Assembly (NCBI GenBank): GCA_964016885.1
Contig: OZ024742.1
Span: 200,942,001-201,006,000 of the forward strand
From: Eledone cirrhosa
Lineage: Eukaryota
Direction of reading: 5' to 3'
Length of the DNA: 64,000 nucleotides
The translations under genes were made by a program, and so were the position numbers. The notes under the pieces were generated by a model, which was not told the DNA's origin, did not search any database, and saw nothing but the letters and a program-made list of their open reading frames with translations. The first letter of the stretch is position 1. Each line of letters opens with the position of its first letter. Below, in pieces: positions 1 to 13,247 of the stretch.

Positions 1-726
1 CTATAACTTCCATACACTTTCTCACTCTTGCAGCTCATCGTTTATACATATAGTACACACCCATCTGCTATCTAGTTCCTTCTCTTTCTTTCCCTCTCTC
101 TTATTTATACACTCATATATTCACACTATGTGTCTCTGTCAGTGTTTCTGTCTCTTTTCTTCTCTTCTCTTCTCGTATTAATTTGTCTCCATTTTTAAGT
201 AGAAGTCGCTTGTGTTAATGATAAAGCATAACAGCTACTTGGATCTCTAGTGTTTCCAACTCTCATTAGTTCTAGTTGTGAAACAAGATGGCGAAGCGAT
301 TGAAACAAGAGAGGCAGAGGAGAACCATTTGTTGGTTGTGAGCACGTGTATGGTGTGATAGAGAGGAGTGGATAGACGGTCAAAGAAGGATTTCAAAGGG
401 TGTGCTTGGTATTCGAGTGGGATGTGGGATTTGTTGGAATGAATGAAAAAAAATGAAGAGGTTCGTAAGATGAATAGGAAGAAGTCCCATCTTTCCTCTC
501 TGTCTTCGAATTAACAACTGTGGTAACATATCAAATTGCATACCTGTTCTTGTTTAATAATTATATTACAGACCATGCAGTCACATTAGTAGAGACATTA
601 GAGTATCAGATTAACTGTCTCTGTTTTTAGTTCAAATTCCGCCGCGTTCACTTACCTTTTTCATATTTTCGAGGTCGATATCATAAAGAGACATCTCTTT
701 ATCTGTTTCTCCTTGGCTGTACTGCA

Positions 727-729
<3 letters not shown>

Positions 730-778
<49 letters not shown>
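730..778. repeat. (TA)n microsatellite; representative of dozens of (TA)n/(CA)n/(GA)n/(TATG)n tracts in the window
   Basis: Perfect dinucleotide run. Similar tracts at about 959-1021, 1219-1386, 1785-1842, 27266-27400, 30725-30990, 31820-31930, 35453-35531, 37460-37850, 39530-40050, 63338-63772. Confidence 0.98.
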
Positions 779-781
<3 letters not shown>

Positions 782-782
782 C

Positions 783-954
783 AAACATCACGGACGCTCT
801 ATCTCAAAATTATTTTTGAAAAGGATTAGAAATGCGCAACCGGTAAAACTTAAAACCAAACTGAATACTAACCAATTTATTACTAATTCTCACTTATTCC
901 TAATTAAACTATTTTTCACTGTGAACAATTTGTCAGCATTTTCTTTTCCGTTTA

Positions 955-960
<6 letters not shown>
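783..960 (+). repeat. Dispersed repeat, probably Penelope-like terminal sequence; inverted second copy at about 63808-64000
   Basis: ctctatctcaaaattatttttgaaaag...gaaatgcgcaaccggtaaaact...tgtgaacaatttgtcagcatttt matches the reverse complement of the window end. Confidence 0.7.
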
Positions 961-1025
<65 letters not shown>

Positions 1026-1091
1026 GTTATTCCGGGTTGAATCGGAGGTCACCACAGTAAGTAAGGTACTCAATACATAGCAGAGTATAAC

Positions 1092-1214
1092 AGTTTTAAT
1101 ATAGATGAGATTCTACAGGACTAGAACTGTTTCATTCATTTGAAATCATCAGGATTCCTGATGATTTCAAATGAATGAAACAGTTCTAGTCCTGTAGAAT
1201 CTCATCTATATTAA

Positions 1215-1218
<4 letters not shown>
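1092..1218. repeat. Perfect palindrome with 63-bp arms around a single central T (1155)
   Basis: agttttaatatagatgagattc...atcatcagga T tcctgatgat...gaatctcatctatattaaaact. Confidence 0.95.
1153..1201 (+). ncRNA. Type I hammerhead ribozyme motif
   Basis: Stem I gattc/gaatc, core CUGAUGA, stem II uuca/ugaa (closing U-U mismatch), GAAA, stem III cag/cug, GUA cleavage triplet. Confidence 0.7.
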
Positions 1219-1294
<76 letters not shown>

Positions 1295-1295
1295 G

Positions 1296-1387
<92 letters not shown>

Positions 1388-1780
1388 AGAGAGTATTGAA
1401 GTTTGCTTGAAGCATTGTGGAATAATAGGTAAATATCTTTAAGTCGTTTGGAAGCCTCGACAATGCAAATGGGTAAATCTCCGGGTAACAAGATCCGGTG
1501 GTGGAGAGAGAGATGTAAGTGGGTGTACGTTGAGATGCGTGGTGTGTATAAAATGTGTGAGATGTGTAGAATGAAGGGAAGAGTATAAAGGATAAAATAA
1601 AAATAACAACACAAGAGAGAGTTACCTTGGGAGAGATTTAATTGTCCCTATATATTTCGGATTCACATCCATCAACTGGGGTTTTTTTCCGGGGTGGGGG
1701 AAAGGTTGTCTGTCGGAAAGGTGCGAAATGCGTCCTCCGCTGTTTGTTGTTTTGAATATCTGCCAGATATTAAAAACAAC

Positions 1781-1847
<67 letters not shown>

Positions 1848-2255
1848 CTTCCATTCGCTAAGAATTTGAGATACCTTGACGTCACGAACCTATTCTAGAC
1901 CCCTAATCTTTTGATCCAGCGGAACATGGAGGGTGTGAGGGCTGGAAGAAAACCCAGTTGCAACGGTACACTGGGCCAGTAAATTCTTTATCAGGATTTG
2001 AACTTAGTATACATTTAGCCTGATCCAACGCTTCAGCGACTCTACCAAATCGAACGCTTAAGAATTCTTCAAAATTTATAAGGAATGAAATAGTTAAAGT
2101 CCAATAGTAGTCATTTTATATAAAATAACTTTGTACCATCTCTATTAATGTTATTAATGTATTGGCCTCTATCCGTTCCTCATCGAAAAATTCATTCTCT
2201 TTCTCTCTCCTACATTCTTTCGCTCCCCACACAAACGCAGTGACACACACACAAA

Positions 2256-2312
<57 letters not shown>

Positions 2313-2396
2313 TTACATATTTGTGTATAGATGAGGTAAAAGTTTGACTGCGACCCCTTTAGTTTTAGCATGTTATGCAGCAAGCTCACACACACA

Positions 2397-2456
<60 letters not shown>

Positions 2457-2457
2457 C

Positions 2458-2488
<31 letters not shown>

Positions 2489-3388
2489 TTGAGAAATCAT
2501 ATACATTTATATATATAGACACACGCCACCCCACATTCACATAATAGTCTGACACACACAAACATACACGCACATATATATGTATAAATTTTAATTCCAC
2601 AATGACATTATTTCGCAAGATATTAAATTGCTTCACGATAACATCGTTTTGTTTCATCTTACATTAAGAAATTAATATTACATCGCCATCTGTCAGCAGC
2701 ATTGTTATTTTATCTTGTAAAATAACGATTTAAATATATTTATGGTGGTGTCTTGCCCTTGGAAACATCAATTAAACTTCTTAAGCTTAATTAGTTAAAC
2801 GTGTGAGTGACTACAACGTTGGATAAATTTATTAAGCAGTTTTGTTCATGCTAATCTGAAAACGTGACGATATCGAAAATAGAAACGGAGGCGGTCATTT
2901 GAAACATCTGCAGCGATATATCATAAAGGCACGCATGTGAAGAAGAAAAATCAAAGCAAAAAATAGCAAAAAGCAAACGTAAAAGAACAAAAGAAAAAAA
3001 AGAAAAAACAACAACACATTGATATTCCAGCGTATTATACTAGTCTGTAATGGAATAGATCTCCGTCGGTTTTGACGCTGAGTATTCCAGTTGCTCGGTC
3101 AACAGAATAGTCAGATCATGGAATTTATGTGCGACGTAGGAGAGCATTCCACAGGCACGTGTGTCATTAGCGTAATACTTATCAGGGAGATTCAGCGTTA
3201 TACACTGATAGACAAGGTTGCAGATGTATTGAATTACGGGTCCAGTTTATTTTCCACTCTACTATAAGTTATTGAGTAATCCAAATATACCTGAATACTT
3301 TACATAATTCTAAAGGGAGATTCAATGTAAACAATATGTAGCAAGGTCGGCTATTTCAATTATTACCACAGTTTATTATATATTATAG

Positions 3389-3429
3389 GGTGGTGGATTG
3401 GCAGTATCGGTAGAGGGTCGGACGCCATA
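3389..3429 (+). mobile_element. SINE 5' head fragment fused to Tx1 copy A
   Basis: ggtggattggcagtatcggtagagggtcggacgccat matches SINE heads at 38860, 41560 and 22260(-). Confidence 0.7.
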
Positions 3430-6400
3430 TGGTGGATACTGTGCGGCTTCATCAATTTTGATGAAGACAGAATACTGTCAATAGGAAAGTCCCCCAGAGA
3501 TGTATTCAATGGGACTAGCATTGAAGTTCTAGTGCAAATGAGCCCAGAGCAAATAGCTATGATCCCACAACGTGTACTCCTGGATGGACTCACCTACATA
3601 AACTTTTCGGTTGAGAGTAGGCGGCCTTCATGTTACCACTTCTTTAGCAGGGGTCACCTGGGGGCTTCCTGTCCTAAATTAATGAGTAAAAAAAAGGCTC
3701 TTCTGCCGACACCCATCAAAACAACACAACCACCAACACCACCACAACAACAACAACACCAACACACAATAATAACCACAACAAACACAGTCCCACTCAA
3801 CCCCACTCCACCTAAAACCACTGCAAAATCACATACAGACACAACAGCTCCCCAAGACTTACCCCTCCCCAATCACACAGACGATACAACAGATGAGGCT
3901 ATCTCGCCATCACCCAGTGAAGACGAGGGAGAACCCCATCGCTCGAAAAGAAAGAAAAGACATCACAAAAGCAAAAAAAACAGCAAACACTACCACAAAC
4001 ATACAACCACCAACACAAACAACAAAAACATCACAAACAAAACCCCCACCTCCTGAAAACAAAATACCTACAACAAAACGAAAGCACACACAAGAACTAC
4101 AGACAAAAACAAACAACACAAGAAAATTACACTTACACTTACATAAACACTGAAAACAAAACACTAATGGAGACGATCACGAACAACCCTTCGGTGAAAA
4201 CCGAAAGGAAAACTTTCGCCCACTCTATTAAAAATAACAAAAAACTGAACCTAAAACTGATTAGGGTCCCTATACAAACTTCTAGGTCCCTAAAAGAAAC
4301 ATTTGAAAAGGATGTGGGGAATTCCTGCGTGAAACCACTTAACAGCGTCCTTCTCAAATGTCTCCCCACCCCAGACACCCCCATCCCACCAGACCCCACC
4401 CCACCAAACATCTCCGTCCCCACCCCGCCGGAAACCACCACCCACCCAGACAACCCCTCCAACACCCCCATGGAAATCGTGCAGCCTGGTCCCCAGGAGA
4501 CGAAGGGTGAGTGATCTCTTTTCCTCTTTTAACTTTTCAGCACCAACATGGCCAATATAAGAATTGGACGTGGGAACGTACGCGGCCTGGGGATGCCCTG
4601 GAAACAGGGCAAACTCTTAAACGACCTCAGGTCGCACAGTATGGATGTGGTAGCCATTTGCGAGTCCAGGATCCACAGCGAGCGACAGCTGGCCCCCATC
4701 TTCGATGACTTTGAGATCTACGCATCTCTCTGTCAACAAGGGGGTGGGGGCGGAGTTGCCATTTTGCTGCGGAAACACCTGGGCCTCGTAACACAGACGG
4801 TACATCTGGACCCGGAGGGTCGACTGGTGGTCCTAGACGTTGACGGTAGTGAAGGTGGAGCCTTCAGGCTGGTGGCCGCATTGCCCCATCCGGGACACCG
4901 CGGCCAAACTTCTTCAAACGTCTAGAGACTTTTCTGGGAACGTCCCGCTCCTTGCTTTTAGTGGTGGACTGGAATGGAATCCTAGATGCACGTTCGGACT
5001 ATGTGGGAGCATGTCCCGATAAAGGGGGGTGTAACAGCCTCAAACAGTTAATCGACAGATTTGACCTGGCCGATAGATACCGACTAGATTTTCCGAATGT
5101 GCCACTGTGGACGTGGGCTAATCTCAGTGGAACATCTAGATCGTACCTAGATAGGGTTCTAGTTAGAAAGAAGGATAGGGACATGTTAAGCTGGCCACAA
5201 ATGTTCATGGTTGCCTATTCAGATCACAAACTAGTGACCTGCATGGCCAACCTTGATAGAACCCATAGACAAGGACCCGGCTACTGGAAGCTGAACTTGT
5301 CGTTACCGACAAGCAGAGCCTACAGTAGACGGGTTAGCACTTTAGTTAAACAGCACTTGACAGGGGACATTATCAACAACAGATGTTGGTACTCTCTCAA
5401 GAGGGCAGTTAGATTAGACTCGTTAGTTTTTAGTAAAGAATTAGCGTTAGATAGAAATAGAACCGAGAAGGAACTGGTAGATAAAGTAGAAGAGGCAATT
5501 AGAAGTGGCAACGTAGCCAGCGTGCTAGCAAGGAGAACGGTCTTGGGCCAGTTCTTCGACGCAAAGCACGAGGGCTGCGTTGTCAGAAGCAAAATACGTA
5601 CTCTGGGAAACGAGAGAGCCAAAGCTGTTAGCTGGGCCCGCGTGACAGAGGCAAAAAGTGGCAACAAGTCCACGATTCGGTCTTTGAAGGACCAAAACGG
5701 ACGCGTGTACGTGAGCCGAAGCAAATGTGTACGGCCTTTCAGCGGCACTTTGCTCAACTGTTCGGGCGGGGCGGCGCGCCGGGAGGGGCTATGGATTTCG
5801 GTCCATACCTCGACGGCCTACCGCGACTCTCGGACAGTGAGGCAAAGTTCTGCGAAAAGCCGATTTCAGCCGCTGAGATAGGGGACGCGCTGAGCCAATG
5901 CGGCAAACGCAAATCTCCAGGTCTCGACGGTCTACCCTACGAATTTTACGTAGCAATGCCGGAGTTATTCTCCGGTCTCCTTGAAGCGGTCTACTGCAAC
6001 TGGCAACAGAACGGGAGAATTCCCAGTTTTGTGACCGGAGGCGTAGTCACACTAGTCAGGAAGGACAAGAATAAGGGGGATGACATAGGCAACATCCGGC
6101 CCATAACTCTGCTAAACACAGAGTTACAGATTTTGGCCAAGGTGTGGGCAAAGAGGCTGGCGCTTGTCCTCGGGAACTAGGTGGGAGAAGCGCAGACATG
6201 CGCAATCCCGACCAGGTCCATACACGACAACCTCCACCTCATGCGATACATCATAGAGAGGGTAGGGTGTAAACCCGTCTTCGGTGGGGCCCTGATCAAC
6301 TTGGATCAGTCTAAGGCTTTCGATAGGGTTGACCATCGTTATCCGGATGCGGTGCTCGAGGCGGCAGGCTTCGGACCCGTGTTCAGGGGCTGGATTGCTG

Positions 6401-7587
6401 CAATGCACAACAGCAACATCTGCTCAAGGGTCGAGGTGAACGGCTACCTCTCGGAGCCGTTCCATATTACGCGATCCATTCGACAGGGATGCCCTCTCTT
6501 TTCTCTTCTGTACGTACTGACTCTCGAGCAACTACTGCGGAAGTTAGAGCTATTGCAGGGCATCCCTCTGGAACCGGGACTGCGGAAAGCGGCCTCGGCC
6601 TACGCCGACGACGTGACAGTAATGGTGTCGAGCGACTCACAAATCGAGGAAGTCGGCACCTTACTGAAGGAATACGAAAGTTTCACAGGAGCGAAGCTGA
6701 GCCGGGACAAGTCCATCGGTTTGCAACTCAGATCGTGGAGAGGCAAACCGATGCCCTCCGATGGCGTCGTCGGACGCTGGACGGAAGGACCGGTAAAGAT
6801 GCTCGGGGTCTGGTTTGGTCCGGACCTCCAGGTGGAGAAGAACTGGAACGATGTGACGGCCAAGGTGTTTGCACTCACCCAGAAGTGGACCGAGTGCAAA
6901 CTATCCTTGATAGGTCGAGCGGAGGTTGCGAACACTTTTATAACGTCCGCCATCTACTACCGCTTGACCGTCGTGCCTTGTCCAGCCAAAACGCTCGCCA
7001 AAACGAAGAAACCGTCGCGCACGCATTCATACACTGCCCGGGCGTCACTGACCTGTGGGGCTATGTAGAACGACTATTGTCGCGGGGGGGGGGGGACCAA
7101 TCCAGTTGACCACCGAGTCCATTGTCATGATAAAACCGCCACCCTCCTTCAAAAACGAAGGAGAGGCGGTTTTCCTTTGTGTGATAGCTATGGCGAAAGA
7201 GGTTGTATGGTGGACAAGGTTTAAAGGGCTGAGTTCAGAGACCTTTCTCTCCGGCCAACAACTGATTCTTTTTTTCAAATACCACTTTGGAAGAAGAATC
7301 AGGATGGAGAGGGAGGTGCTGTACCCCAGCAAGTTTTATGAAAGGTAGGTTGAGGAAAAGGAGGAGGAGAGGAAAGGAGTACAAACTCTTCGTACTCCTG
7401 GAGATGAGGGTTACATATTTTTTCGGGGGTATGTGTTACCCATATGAACTGTCTCCCCCTATTGGGGAAAATCGACTAATTTTTTTAATTGCATTTGTGA
7501 TAAAATTTTACACGTTTTTATTGTATGTAAACTTCTCCCTTTGTATTTGTCCCCTTCTTTTGTGCCCCTGTGGCTAATAAAGAAACA
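3430..7587 (+). mobile_element. Tx1-group L1-clade non-LTR retrotransposon, copy A (5'-truncated, decayed)
   Basis: ORF1 remnant with zinc knuckle (CYHFFSRGHLGASCP) and P/T-rich region. ORF2 from ATG 4548: APE (GNVRGL..E, DWN, YLDR, SDH) and RT (RPITLLN, DQSKAFDRV, RQGCPL, YADD). AATAAA at 7576 then tatctatc. Internal deletions near 7003 and 7346. Confidence 0.93.
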
Positions 7588-7593
7588 TATCTA

Positions 7594-7671
<78 letters not shown>

Positions 7672-7827
7672 TAGATATATAAGTATATATGTATACGATA
7701 TATATATATATAAACGTATATACACACACACATATATATATATATGTTATATAATATATACACACACACATATATATATGGTATATAATATATACACACA
7801 CATATATATATATGACTTCAACATCAA

Positions 7828-10800
7828 TTTTTTTTTTTAAACACTTTAGTCTTTATTGTGTTGTATCAGATGAAAGAATAGTATTTAACTAATGTATTGG
7901 TACGTGATGGGGCCCACTCACAGCCCCGGTGGACAGAATGGAGAAGGCGTTTCCCCAGAGGACGCAAGGGGGACGCGCTGGAAAAGCCACTCCAAATCGC
8001 AGGGCTCACACCTGCGGCTGGCCAGCTCAGCGCCTAAGGTGGTGAGTAAGGAGATAACCCTGGGGCCGAGGACACCAGAAGTCTCCACTGCCAGGGGAAC
8101 GACCGCAAACCTGTCTGGGAGCGACTGGTATTTGAGGAGTTTGGCCCCCTCAGCCCGACGTGCAGCAGAACCTGGACTGCACCAGGTTGCGGCTGCAAAA
8201 AGTGTCGGTGAAAGTGGCATCCCAGACGAGGGGTTTGCCACCGCGAAACGGGAAGATGGTCATGCCATCTGCCCTTTTGCCGTCTCCTCGATCCAGCCCC
8301 ACCGGCTCGAGCCTGGAGGAGAAGCCTGCAGCGTCCAAGCCATGCTTGATGACCTCGTTGAGGGCAGCATGGCGTGGAATGCGGCCGGCACTGTGGCGAC
8401 AGGAAAGCGGGTGGAGGCCGAAAGAGTTCACGGTGGAACCGCAGCGACATTGGTGTGGCTGGCAGATCCTGAGGCCGAGCCTCAAGGAAACGCCGATTCG
8501 CAGGCTATGGTTGTCTAGCTGCGTGCCAGTAGAGAAGGAGGGCAGGGCATGGAGCCAGCCACCACTGTGGGGTTTGAGGCCGCACGAAAACAAGCAAGGC
8601 GGCGCTGGTCGAGCTGGCGCGTGAGTGAGCCTGTCTAAGGCCAGGCTGCACTGGATGGCGTCCCAAGTGCGTTGGGGGACTTGACGTCAACAGGGGGAGA
8701 AGGAGGAGGGACGTGTACTGGGCTAAGTCCCAGCCGGTCCCACGTCTCACAGGCAGCCTCACGCTCTCTGAACACAGAGGGTTCTGTTGTGATTTGAAGA
8801 ACCTTGCTGACGAGGACGCCGCACGAGGTTACCGACCGAAAAATACGCCGGCAAAGCTAGTGAGATCGGGGACCGGAGGCCAAGGCCGCCATACCTGACC
8901 GGTAAAGTGGCCTGTTGCCCCCCTATGTCGTCAAACTTGACGTTGCATATCCCCTCGGGCGTAAGGGTCAAGGGCACCATGAATGAGCCTATTGATGAGC
9001 GCCACAATTGCACTCAGAAGTATCGAGGTCAGAGAGTAGAGATGTCTGGGTGTAGCATGGAGCGCTGCGGAGTTTATAGAGGAGCTTCGGCATGGTGAAG
9101 CAGTTCCTCAGCAGAAAGAGAGCTGGGTGGCTGTCAATCAAGCCCAGTCGGCTCGTGAGAGTCTGGAGCTGTTGAAGCCTGGACCTGATGGTGGAGCGGA
9201 TGGCCGGCGGGTGGATCGGTGACCCGAGGATGAGGACATCCTCTTTGGGGGTCACCTGAATTTGGCGGATAATGGACCGCACGTCCGAGACGGAGGCTGC
9301 AAAGCTCGCAGCATCGAGGCTGACGTTCACCACCTCCGACTTGGCCGAGTTGACCTGGAGGCCGATTCCCGCCAGGGCAGGAATCACCGATTTAAGGTCT
9401 TAGCAGACCGTCGGTACCGGCCCGCACAACGTAGCATCATCCAGATACCAAACGTTGAGGGGGGCCGTGATACTCCGGGCGATGTGGTCAATACCAAGGG
9501 CGAACAGGAGGGGTCCCAAAGGGTCGCCCTGTTGGACCCCAGTAGCCCAGGGTATGACCGTATCAGCAGCTAGGAGCATGCTCGGGGCTCCATATGACAG
9601 GTAGGCCAGCGGGTAGGCAGAGGGGGCTCGGCTGAGGCAGGCCTCGAGCAGATGATCCCGGCGTAAAGAGTTAAAGTCATTCCTCATGTCAAGCTTGACA
9701 ATGAGGTGCCTGGAGTCGCTGGATGCCGGTACCGATGGGCAGCTGCTGAAGAACTGCCTGGTTGTATGAGCGGCTCCCTCACAGCCACCGTACACGCCGA
9801 CACCCAGTTGCACCGGATTAAACTCCTCACCCAGTTCGTGTGTGATTGACTTGCAGATCACCTTGGCAGCCAGCCTCCGGAAGACATTGCCCACAGCAAT
9901 GGGGCGTATGCCACCCTCTTTCTTCCTGAGAGCAGTGAGGCTGGCCGAAAAAAAAGAGGCCTCGGGCGTAAGGGTCAAGGGCACCATGAATGAGCCTATT
10001 GATGAGCGCCACAATTGCACTCAGAAGGCGGCGCCCGGCCTCAGCGGTGAGGGGGGATATCAACTCCTTGAGGTGGCCTGGTCGGAGACCATCAACACCT
10101 CCGCAGCTGCTAGCTGGGAAGGATCTGATGGCGGACATGATATCTGCATCAGTAACCACAAGGAGCAGGTGGGGGTCGGTGGGGGTATGGGTCTGAGTTC
10201 AGTGGGTGGCTCAGGGTTTCTGTGCCGCAGAGCAGCCAGGACCTCCTCGGTGGGTTGGAGGACAGTGTCCTCTGAGGCAACAACTCTGACTGCGGCCGAG
10301 ACATCACCCATGATAAGCTTTGCGTTTACCTGGTCACGCAAACGCTTGGCGCTGGTCTCGGGAGTGGAGGATAGGGGGTACCTGAGGGTGGGGTGTGAGG
10401 CGTCCCTGGGAACGCTTGGAATGGGCGCTCGTTCAAATGACGAGACATTGGCCTTGACGAAGGCTATTGTTGACCGGCGGCCCCGGTCAGTACCAGAGCT
10501 GGGGAGGCCGAGGGCGAGTGGGGCGAAATAGAACAGATGCTCCCAGTCACTGGTTTGATTGGAGTCCAGGGCACTCTCAATCGAGGAAGCGAGGGTATCG
10601 GCTACCGGCACCCGTGCCGCTCTCGTGATCCTGAGTGGGATCTTCCGGAGACGCCTGAGCCGAGCGATGCTGACCAGCTAGGCTCGGGCGTCAGGCATGC
10701 TCGCTGTCCCATCTGGTGGTGTGCCAGACGGCCGTGGATGGGATGACGTGTGGAAGAGGCAGATCCTGCACCTCCACGCTGCGAGGGCATTGGAAGCTCG

Positions 10801-11345
10801 ACGAGTCAAGCCAACGCAGGTGAGGTGGTGAAAGCAGCCGCACCCCAAACAGTTCCGGCCCCTCTTCCGTTTGTTAGTGGTGCCGCAAGTGCTGCAGGTG
10901 TCGATTTGGAGGGGTGGGGGATGGGGTGTGGGGCCGGAGACTAGGGCACCGAGCGGCATCAGGGGTAGGTGGCTGGCGTGTGTGGATGGAAGGGAAAGTG
11001 CTGGTAAGAGGGCAGCATAGCTCACCTATATATATGGAGTTGCCAGAGAGTGAAAAGGGACTGCATGGAGGGGGAGACACAGGAAGGTAGAATGGCAGTA
11101 AATGAATGAGTGAATGGATGTACACAAAAAAGTGGGGGAGGGGGTGAAAACAAGGGGTTGTTCCCAGCGGAAAGACCCAGAGTTCAGCACGCACACATGC
11201 GAGCAACTGAGCAGTTTGTCATAGGACCTAGTGGCTGGTGGTGAGTCACTGATGTTGGGGTTGGCTTCCTCTTGTTAATGGTAGAGTTGTTGTTGTTGTT
11301 AATGACACTGTTGTCATCGTTGCCTTCCTCTTGTTAATGGTGAAG
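7828..11345 (-). mobile_element. CRE-like non-LTR retrotransposon (PHD finger + RT + restriction-like endonuclease), frameshifted
   Basis: RT: GIRPIAVG, KLDMRNDFNSL, GVQQGDPLGPLLF, WYLDDATL. CCHC/RLE: CRCG..HPLSC..RH..DGKRADG..WDAT..D. N-terminal C4HC3-like motif at about 10750-10900. 3' AATAAA and poly(A) at 7828-7856 (- sense). 5' boundary approximate. Confidence 0.85.
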
Positions 11346-11559
11346 AGCGAAATACAAAATCCACCAGCAGACAATTATATAAAAAAAGTATCTAGAAATA
11401 AAATTCAATATTTCTGTCTGGGATATAAAGATTTGTTTTACATTTTCGCAAACAACGTAACGATATTCTCAATGGACGCGCTTACAATATTTGAATATAA
11501 CTGAACCGTCGTGTCATTTAATTTGAAAAGTGGAGCAAAGTAAAAGGAGGATAGTGAAG

Positions 11560-11662
11560 CCGAGGTTAACTTTGCCTTTCATCCTTCCGGGGTGGATAGA
11601 ATAAAGTACCAGTAATGCATTGAGTAATTGCTAGCCTTGTGCCAAAATTAGAAACAATTATT
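11560..11662 (+). mobile_element. SINE 3' part (same family as 22071, 36379, 38645 and 41560 copies)
   Basis: gccgaggttaactttgcctttcatccttccggggt..ataaagtaccagt..gccttgtgcc..agaaacaatt. Confidence 0.8.
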
Positions 11663-12596
11663 TCATAACTCTATAGAACTTTTAGAATGTTTGTGCAGTG
11701 TTCTGTGTCCAGCCAGGTTTGTACAACAGGTAAGAAAAATGATGATTCGGTGACGGTTTCTTCTGATAGGAGCCTCTTCCACGTCGGAAGATCGAAGTGT
11801 GTTTCTTGTCTTCTTCAATACTTTCATAAACGGCTTCGGAGATTTAAAACTTATGTTTCAATTGGTGCTTCCATTTCCACACGGTTCTATTGTCTTATTT
11901 ACAAAAATATATTTCTATATATTTCTTTATTTATTTCTCTTCTTTTAGTATAATATAGCGAGTTGTCACCAGTGATGTTTGAAGTGCTTTTTGTAGCAGC
12001 ATATTATTTCTGTAGAAAATTTTAAGTGTGCATTTTAGTCAGATTTTAAAAAAATGTTTAGAATTGCCCAAATCTTTGAGACAAGTGTTTATATTTATAT
12101 AATATTTATATGCGTGTGTGTGTGTGTGTGTTCGTTCTGTATGTGTTTGTGTGTGCGCGTGCACATGTGTATGTGTGTGTGTATGTGTGTATGTGTATAT
12201 GTATGTGAGTGTGTAAGTCTGTATGTGTATGTGAATGTATGTGTGTGTTTGCTTGAGAGGAGATTATTTAACTTTCCTATTGTTTATTTATGTATCCTAA
12301 ACCGACGGTAGTCGGTTTAGTAATATTGTTGTCTTAGTGATTTCGTTGGCAATCGTCTCTTTACAGCATTATTAGAATGTCTTCCGATTATCAAAATCAC
12401 ATGAAAGTTATATGAGCATGGAGAGTAAATCATTGCACATCTCTTAAGCTAAAAATCTCGAAATTTCGTTCAGCACAAAAAAAGTTATGATCAAAGTTTG
12501 CTGAAAAAAACTGTGTTCAAGTGAGTAAGTGAGTGAGTAAGGGTGACGCTCTGTGCATTTGATGCATCTCTTGGGACCGGTCAGAGGAGGATAAGG

Positions 12597-13247
12597 GGTT
12601 ATTCGGGGTGCGGCGCTTATTCGAACCCTCCCCCAGTGACTGCGATTATTCGGGGTGAGACGCTTATTCGAACCCCCCCCCCCGCTTATTCGAACCCTCC
12701 CCCCAGTGACTGCGATTATTCGGGGTGCGGCGCTTATTCGAACCCTCCCCCCAGTGACTGCGGTTATTCGGGGTGCGGCGCTTATTCGAACCCTCCCCCC
12801 AGTGACTGCGGTTATTCGGGGTGCGGCGCTTATTCGAACCCTCCCCCCAGTGACTGCGATTATTCGGGGTGCGGCGCTTATTCGAACCCTCCCCCCAGTG
12901 ACTGCGGTTATTCGGGGTGCGGCGCTTATTCGAACCCTCCCCCCAGTGACTGCGGTTATTCGGGGTGCGGCGCTTATTCGAACCCTCCCCCAGTGACTGC
13001 GATTATTCGGGGTGAGGCGCTTATTCGAACCCCCCCCCCCACAGTGACTGCGGTTATTCGGGGTGCGGCGCTTATTCGAACCCCCCCCCACAGTGACTGC
13101 GATTATTCGGGGTGAGGCGCTTATTCGAACCCTCCCCCAGTGACTGCTGTTATTTGGGGTGAGGGTCTTATTCGAACCCCCCCTAGTGACTGCGGTTATT
13201 CGGGGTGCGGTGGTTATTTGAACCCCCCCCCAGTGACTGCGGTTATT
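12597..13247. repeat. 48-bp GC-rich minisatellite, about 13 units
   Basis: Unit cagtgactgcg(g/a)ttattcggggtgcggcgcttattcgaaccctccccc, with starts at 12704, 12752, 12800 and onward. Confidence 0.95.

Noticed and set aside
7340-7356. Deletion at the ORF2 end of copy A as a spliced-out intron
   Set aside because: The junction reads gaaaggtaggttg; a precise GT..AG splice would give gaaaggttg.
7892-8624. Plus-strand 208-aa and 154-aa ORFs, and other antisense ORFs over Tx1/CRE
   Set aside because: Shadow frames of GC-rich retrotransposon coding sequence.
12597-13247. 48-bp array as a CRISPR, or as the 285/190-aa repeat proteins
   Set aside because: No unique spacers, no cas genes, eukaryotic context; ORFs stay open only because 48 is divisible by 3.
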